From contig JAWOBU010000059.1 in assembly GCA_046484135.1 (NCBI GenBank), positions 1-20,678 on the forward strand: a stretch of 20,678 nt of DNA, in the 5' to 3' direction. Origin of the DNA: a bacterium. GTDB lineage: Bacteria; RBG-13-61-14; DATKZS01. Numbering within the stretch: the first letter of the stretch is position 1; each line of letters begins with the position of its first letter. Shown in pieces: positions 16,224 through 20,678 of the stretch. The notes under the pieces were generated by a model that was not told where the DNA came from, searched no databases, and saw nothing but the letters and a program-made list of their open reading frames with translations. The position numbers and the translations under genes are program-made.

Positions 16224-17024
16224 TTACGAGGACCCGGCTTCCGATATGGACTCCTCGCCGGGCTGGGGCAGCGGGACCTTTTTCTTCTTGGGGCGCGAGC
16301 TTTGCAAGGACAACAGCTCTTCCATGTTGTCCATTCCTTTGCCGGTCAGGTTTTGCAGCATGCTCACCAGGGCTTTTGCCGTCATCCTGGCGTCGCCGAG
16401 CGCCCTGTGCCTTGCCTTGCTGCCGCCGGGTTCCGGCCGGATGTTCAAGTGGGCGGCAAGGGAGTCCAGCTTATGGGAGTTGAGCTCCGGGTAGACCCGC
16501 CGGGCCAGCAGCAGGGAGCACAGGGACGGTCCGTCCAGCGGCAGGTCCCACACCTCCCTCCAGGCTTTCTTCAAAAAGGCCTGGTCGAACTTCAGGTTGT
16601 GGGCCACCAGTACCCTGTCCCTCAACATGCCCTCCAGGGAAGGCAGCACCTCTTCCAGGGAAGGAGCGCTTCTCAGCATCCGGTCATGGATGCCGGTGAG
16701 CCTCCGGATGAAAGGAGGAACCGGCGTTCCCGGGTTTACCAGGGAAGAGAGCTCCCGGCCCAATCGGAACCCGTCCACTTCCACCGCGCCGACCTCGATG
16801 ATCTCGGAACGGTCCGACTTCATGCCGGTGGTCTCGAGGTCCACCACCAGGAACCTGCCCCGCTGGAGAGGACAAGACCGGAAGTCTTCCTGCCCGGAGG
16901 GCGCGGAAAGCTCGCGCAGACGCCGGGCCAGAAGGCCCTTGGCGTTTTTAATCCCGAGGTGTTCCCGGCAGTAAGCCTCGTCTTCCGCGTACTCGTCTTC
17001 CAAGTGATTATGCTTGCCCACCAT
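16224..17024 (-). CDS. DEDDh 3'-5' exonuclease (DnaQ/PolC exonuclease-like)
   Basis: ExoI VVDLETTG, ExoII AHNLKFD, ExoIII HRALGDA motifs. Confidence 0.9.
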   Translation of the reverse strand: MVGKHNHLEDEYAEDEAYCREHLGIKNAKGLLARRLRELSAPSGQEDFRSCPLQRGRFLVVDLETTGMKSDRSEIIEVGAVEVDGFRLGRELSSLVNPGTPVPPFIRRLTGIHDRMLRSAPSLEEVLPSLEGMLRDRVLVAHNLKFDQAFLKKAWREVWDLPLDGPSLCSLLLARRVYPELNSHKLDSLAAHLNIRPEPGGSKARHRALGDARMTAKALVSMLQNLTGKGMDNMEELLSLQSSRPKKKKVPLPQPGEESISEAGSS

Positions 17025-17084
17025 ATAGTCCTTTCTTCCGGCACACCCGCCGGAGAGAGCTCCCGCCCGCCTTAACCGCGGCTG

Positions 17085-17124
17085 CGTGCGAGAGACTTAA
17101 GTCACGATCAAACACGCTCGCACG
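17085..17124. repeat. REP-like repeat copy 3 with a truncated inverted partner
   Basis: GTGCGAGAGACTTAAGTCACGA (17086-17107) followed by CTCGCACG (17117-17124), which is complementary to CGTGCGAG (17085-17092). Confidence 0.65.
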
Positions 17125-17146
17125 ATTAATGGAGATTGATAAAGCA

Positions 17147-17725
17147 CTAATGCTTCACCGTCTCTTCGTACAGGTCCTTTAGCCTTTTCCGCAAGTAGGC
17201 CCGCCCGCGATGGACCCTTGACTTGACCGCGGCGGTGCTGATGTCCAGTATCTGCGCGGTCTCCTCGTTCGAGAACCCCTCGATGTCGCGAAGGATCACC
17301 ACCGTCTTGAACTCGTCGGGCAGGCGGCCCACCGCTCTTTCTATCCGGGAGAGGGCCTCCTCCGTCATAATGGTCTCGTCAGGGTTGGGACCCTCTTCGT
17401 CGTGTTGAAAGTGGTCCTCGGAAAGCTCGTCTATGGACACCAGTTCCGCCTGGCCCTGCCCCCGCAGCTTCATCAACGAGGCGTTCACCGTTACCCGGTA
17501 AAGCCAGGTAGAGAACGAAGACTTCCCCTCGAACCGGTCCAGCTTCCGGTAGAGCGTCATGAAAACTTCCTGGACAACCTCTTCCGCGTCCTCCTTTTCG
17601 GAAGTAAAGCGGTAAGCAAGCCGGTACACCCGCGACCGGTACCGCTCGATCAGCTCCTCCAGCGCCCGCTCCCGGCCTTCGCGGACCTCTTCGACCAGGA
17701 CCTCGTCCGTACGATCAGGACCCAT
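17147..17725 (-). CDS. ECF (group 4) RNA polymerase sigma factor
   Basis: 192 aa. Region 2 DAEEVVQEVF...SSFSTWLYRV..N. Region 4 LP..FKTVVILRDIEGFSNEETA.IL......VKSRVHRGR. Confidence 0.93.
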   Translation of the reverse strand: MGPDRTDEVLVEEVREGRERALEELIERYRSRVYRLAYRFTSEKEDAEEVVQEVFMTLYRKLDRFEGKSSFSTWLYRVTVNASLMKLRGQGQAELVSIDELSEDHFQHDEEGPNPDETIMTEEALSRIERAVGRLPDEFKTVVILRDIEGFSNEETAQILDISTAAVKSRVHRGRAYLRKRLKDLYEETVKH

Positions 17726-18665
17726 AGCGGTCGCCCAGCTTTTTCATCCGTCGGGCCCGCTCCGGCCAGACTCGCATTTCAGCCATCCAGCCCGTGATGC
17801 TGGTCTTGGGGTCCTTGACCAGGTAGTAAGTACGAGAGGGGGTATACAAAAGACTCTTTTTGAAAATCACCTGTTCGCCCGGTCGCACCCGGTTTACTAC
17901 CTTTACCAGGCCTTCCTTGCTGACCGACTCGAACATGGCCGGCTTGCCGTACTTTTTAACATAATCCTCGCTGGCGTGGACCTCGAACCGCCGCTCACTG
18001 TAGATCGTGGTCTCGCGTTCCTTGCGGATCAGCCTTTCAAGCTTGTTCAGCCGGGGTTCGGCCTTGCCGCATTCCCTGGACTCGATGAGGTGATGGATTC
18101 TCCAGTAGAGCTCGATGATCTCGAAGGAGGGGCGGAAGAGCTTTTCAATGGAGCTTTTTACCTCCGAGAGCCGGTCCGATGCTTTTTGAAGGCATTGCTT
18201 CTCGTATTCAACGCCCATCTCCGCCTGCTGGCGTGCCTCTACCGATGCTTGTATCGCCCCCCTCACGTTTCCCTCTTCCTCTTCGGATTTGGACTTGCTC
18301 ATCTCTTGCCGGACGTGATAGGTCAGCTTGGAAGGAGCGTTATACTTGTTCTTTAGTTTTTCATAAACCAGCTGTGTATGAAGGCGCTCCACGACCAGCC
18401 GGGCGGAGAGGGCCTTGTCCAGCGCTTTGTCGTAATCGCCGGAGTCCACGGCCTTTCGGGCTTCATCCATGAGCTTTTGGTAAGTCCGGACCTCCTCCCG
18501 GTCCTCCGCCCGCTTCGGCAATCCCTCATAGGCAGATCGGGCCGCATTCAGTGCGTCCGAAACCTCTTGAGGAGGCCCTTGCGCTCCCGTCTTTTTTTCC
18601 GCACAGCCATAGAGGGATAAGCAGGCGAGAAGGAGTATGGAAAGGAAAACAGTGGCGTGCTTCAT
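17715..18665 (-). CDS. Hypothetical lipoprotein, helical, with possible SH3-like C-terminal domain
   Basis: Signal peptide MKHATVFLSILLLACLSLYGC with lipobox-like LYGC. Start set at ATG 18665 (GGAG 8 nt upstream). C-terminal beta-rich segment ...YYLVK.....TGW. Confidence 0.75.
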   Translation of the reverse strand: MKHATVFLSILLLACLSLYGCAEKKTGAQGPPQEVSDALNAARSAYEGLPKRAEDREEVRTYQKLMDEARKAVDSGDYDKALDKALSARLVVERLHTQLVYEKLKNKYNAPSKLTYHVRQEMSKSKSEEEEGNVRGAIQASVEARQQAEMGVEYEKQCLQKASDRLSEVKSSIEKLFRPSFEIIELYWRIHHLIESRECGKAEPRLNKLERLIRKERETTIYSERRFEVHASEDYVKKYGKPAMFESVSKEGLVKVVNRVRPGEQVIFKKSLLYTPSRTYYLVKDPKTSITGWMAEMRVWPERARRMKKLGDRYGS

Positions 18666-18688
18666 GAGTCTCACTCCTTTCTCTCTAA

Positions 18689-18716
18689 ATTATAGCTTAA
18701 CCTGCCCCGCGTTCAA
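18689..18716 (-). promoter_or_regulatory. Putative sigma70 promoter of the lipoprotein-ECF sigma unit
   Basis: Minus strand TTGAAC (18716-18711), 16 nt, perfect TATAAT (18694-18689). Confidence 0.6.
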
Positions 18717-18732
18717 AAAACCCGCGCTGAAG

Positions 18733-19683
18733 TTACTTATGATCTGCGCTTCTTTCGTAATAAACCAGGGACCCCTGCCGGCTGGTTGTAATCATCCGGC
18801 GGGCCTCCAGGGCCTCCAAGTACTTGCGGGCCTCGTTCCTGTGGATGTTCAAACCCCCGGAGACGTCATCCAGCGTACAGGGACGCCGGGCCAGAAGCTC
18901 GAGGACTTCCTCCTCTGAGACCGACGGAGTGGCCGGCACGTCAAACTTTGTCCGGAAATCGGCGATCACCCGGGCGGGAGGATCGAATATGCCGGCCAGC
19001 TCTTCCATCTTCTCCCTGGAAACGCTCATGGCAAACTCTTCGCTGGGAGGCCGCGTAACCGTGTTAAGCTCGACCTCCCTGATGCCGCAGTCCCGGACTA
19101 TGGCCGCTATCTTTCCGACCTCTCCCGACAGGGCGTTCATGCCGCCCAACAGGAAGACCTCGAGGGAGAGCCGCCCTCTAAAGTCCCGGCTGAAAGACTC
19201 GAGGCCCCGGACCATGGTCTCGAACTCGATCTCCGCGGCCGGCCGGTTGATGGCCTGATACAGCTCTGGAGTACCCGCGTCCAGGTTGGGTATGACTATG
19301 TCCGCCTCATGCAGGACCTCCGCTACCTCCGGCTGGTAGAGCATTCCTCCGTTGGTCAAAACCACAACCGGCACGTCGGTAACCTTTTTAATGCTTTGGA
19401 TGATGCGGCCGGCCCGGCTGTGAAGGGTGGGCTCACCCGACCCCGAAAGGGTCACCACGTCCGGATTGTCATGCTCATGTAAGTAGGACTCCACCTGACG
19501 GATGATCTCGTCCGCGGGCAGATACTCGTCCCGCTGGACGGTCTTATTGGTGGTTCTTCCGAGCTGGCAGTAGATGCAGTCGTAAGAACAGGTCTTGTAC
19601 GGCACCAGGTCCACTCCCAGCGACCTGCCCAGCCGCCTGGAAGGGACCGGCCCGAAAACGTAGCGAGGATTTTTTGAAGACAT
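18733..19683 (-). CDS. Radical SAM protein (GPVPSRRLG / COG0731-like family) with C-terminal winged-helix-like domain
   Basis: YVFGPVPSRRLGRSLGVDL, CSYDCIYCQLG, GSGEPTL, LTNG, LNTVTRPP. C-terminal LL.RRPCT..D......I....A.KYL..L segment. AAGGAG RBS. Confidence 0.9.
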   Translation of the reverse strand: MSSKNPRYVFGPVPSRRLGRSLGVDLVPYKTCSYDCIYCQLGRTTNKTVQRDEYLPADEIIRQVESYLHEHDNPDVVTLSGSGEPTLHSRAGRIIQSIKKVTDVPVVVLTNGGMLYQPEVAEVLHEADIVIPNLDAGTPELYQAINRPAAEIEFETMVRGLESFSRDFRGRLSLEVFLLGGMNALSGEVGKIAAIVRDCGIREVELNTVTRPPSEEFAMSVSREKMEELAGIFDPPARVIADFRTKFDVPATPSVSEEEVLELLARRPCTLDDVSGGLNIHRNEARKYLEALEARRMITTSRQGSLVYYERSADHK

Positions 19684-19707
19684 CCGTTTTTCTCTCCTTG
19701 TTATTTA

Positions 19708-19924
19708 GTGCCTGTTGCGAAAGGGAGTTTTTGCCGGCTCTGGTGCGCCACTTTGGAGTGCGGCAGCTTGCTGCCGCTTTGTCTGCCGGGAAGCTTGCTT
19801 CCCGGAAATCAGCTCTACAAAAGGCCCATAGTTTACGGAGCGCCTTTTTTAGTCCCGGCAAGCCGGGACTTATGAAAGCGAAAGCAAGCTTTCGCACTCC
19901 AAAACGGAGTTTCGCAACAGGCAC
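19708..19924. mobile_element. MITE-like non-autonomous element (217 bp) carrying a four-hairpin REP-doublet cassette
   Basis: Perfect 15-bp TIR GTGCCTGTTGCGAAA (19708-19722) / TTTCGCAACAGGCAC (19910-19924), flanked by direct repeat TATTTA (19702-19707, 19925-19930). No credible transposase ORF inside. Confidence 0.8.
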
Positions 19925-19949
19925 TATTTATTTTAACCCCCTCCCGCCT

Positions 19950-20267
19950 TTAATCAATCTCCATCTCCATGAGCGGCACGTGCTGCTGCGCGCCGAAAAC
20001 GTCGGTGTCGCCTGCCGTCGCGGAAGGGATGAGCCTTTTCAAGCATATCTTGAGCGCGTGGGCAGGCTCGAAGAACACGACCTTTATCACATCGGCTTCC
20101 GGAATGCCGTAAAGCGCGGCCACCGATGAAGCAGTGATACTGCCCGAGTCCCGGACCAGCCCGAAGCTCTCGCGGTCTTTGAAAAACACGTCCAGGGTGA
20201 GCACGAACGGCCCCGCGTTCTTGCTCCTTATGACGGACGCCAGCTCTTGCAGCTTTCTCTCGCCCAT
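19950..20267 (-). CDS. DUF4387 family protein
   Basis: L..LA.VIRSKNAGPF.LTLD.FF...LY......K....R....G..DVFGAQQH.PL signature. GGAGG RBS. Lies 1 nt from the stop of the upstream gene. Confidence 0.85.
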   Translation of the reverse strand: MGERKLQELASVIRSKNAGPFVLTLDVFFKDRESFGLVRDSGSITASSVAALYGIPEADVIKVVFFEPAHALKICLKRLIPSATAGDTDVFGAQQHVPLMEMEID

Positions 20268-20268
20268 T

Positions 20269-20678
20269 TCAGACCTCCACTATCTTCACCGGAAAAAGCG
20301 AAGCCGGGTCGTCCTCTTCCATCAAATGGTACACGCTGAAACGGTGGACTTCTCCCGCGGGAACGTCCTGGGGGGACATGGGAAAAGCCAGGTTGCCCGC
20401 AGTGGAGGTCCTCCCCGGGAAACCCTGGTGCAGGACCGAGGCATGAGCGAACATGCAAAGGCTGGTGGCCTCCTCCTGCGTCCCCGCCACCGCTTCGATA
20501 AACAGCCCCGCTTCGTGGCAGGTACGGCCGGAGGGCTCGAGCCCGCCCATCACTCCGTCCCTGCCGTAGACGCGAAAGTGGACCTCCCGCCCGGTCTCTT
20601 TGCCGAGTCCGAACTGCTCGTGTGCGCGCTTTCGGGCCTCCTCCAGAATACGGTCCAGGTTCGCAAGCACGGACGGGT
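20269..20678 (-). CDS. Partial (5'-truncated) AtuA/DUF1446-like protein, C-terminal part
   Basis: The frame is open to the window edge (...PSVLANLD...). FRVYGRDGVMG.LEP, TQEEA, LH..FPGR..TAGNLAFP.SP, FSVYHLM motifs. Usual neighbour of DUF4387. Confidence 0.8.
   Translation of the reverse strand, partial: PSVLANLDRILEEARKRAHEQFGLGKETGREVHFRVYGRDGVMGGLEPSGRTCHEAGLFIEAVAGTQEEATSLCMFAHASVLHQGFPGRTSTAGNLAFPMSPQDVPAGEVHRFSVYHLMEEDDPASLFPVKIVEV

Noticed and set aside
10805..17124. CRISPR interpretation of the repeated 22-mer
   Set aside because: Copies are kilobases apart with no regular spacers, and no cas genes are present.
19544..20129. ORFs 19544-19924 (-) and 19674-20129 (+) as a MITE-encoded protein or transposase
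   Set aside because: No DDE or HUH motifs. They overlap real genes and translate the hairpin repeats.
1..20678. Selenocysteine or other stop-codon recoding, programmed frameshifts, tRNA/rRNA genes, riboswitches
   Set aside because: Recognised genes appear full length at their stops with no split domains, and I could not identify a cloverleaf or known riboswitch consensus by eye. An Rfam/tRNAscan search would be decisive.

Overview
A GC-rich (~60% by eye) bacterial chromosomal segment. Gene content (class I aldolase, deltaproteobacterial-type pilin domain, membrane-anchored Hanks kinase) is most consistent with a Desulfobacterota/Myxococcota-like organism, which is an inference. About 20 real CDSs are present: a partial nucleotidyltransferase, a ferritin-like protein, an exported ankyrin protein fused to a pilin-like head, fbaB, a kinase-MBL hydrolase-coaBC operon, a PLD-VTT fusion, yjbQ, a Cys-rich protein coupled to a radical SAM/SPASM enzyme, a small membrane protein plus a CocE/NonD lipoprotein hydrolase, a B12-binding radical SAM, a DEDDh exonuclease, an ECF sigma factor overlapped by a lipoprotein gene, a third radical SAM, DUF4387 and a partial AtuA-like gene. 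I saw no rRNA, tRNA, CRISPR array or transposase. The most notable signals are: (1) a 217-bp MITE-like element with perfect TIRs, a 6-bp target duplication and an internal four-hairpin cassette with compensatory base changes; (2) a dispersed 22-nt REP-like family and a second nested palindromic element in other intergenic regions; (3) the ankyrin-pilin fusion; (4) the 8-Cys protein/rSAM-SPASM pair, a possible uncharacterised maturation system. All calls come from manual motif reading; no database searches were run.
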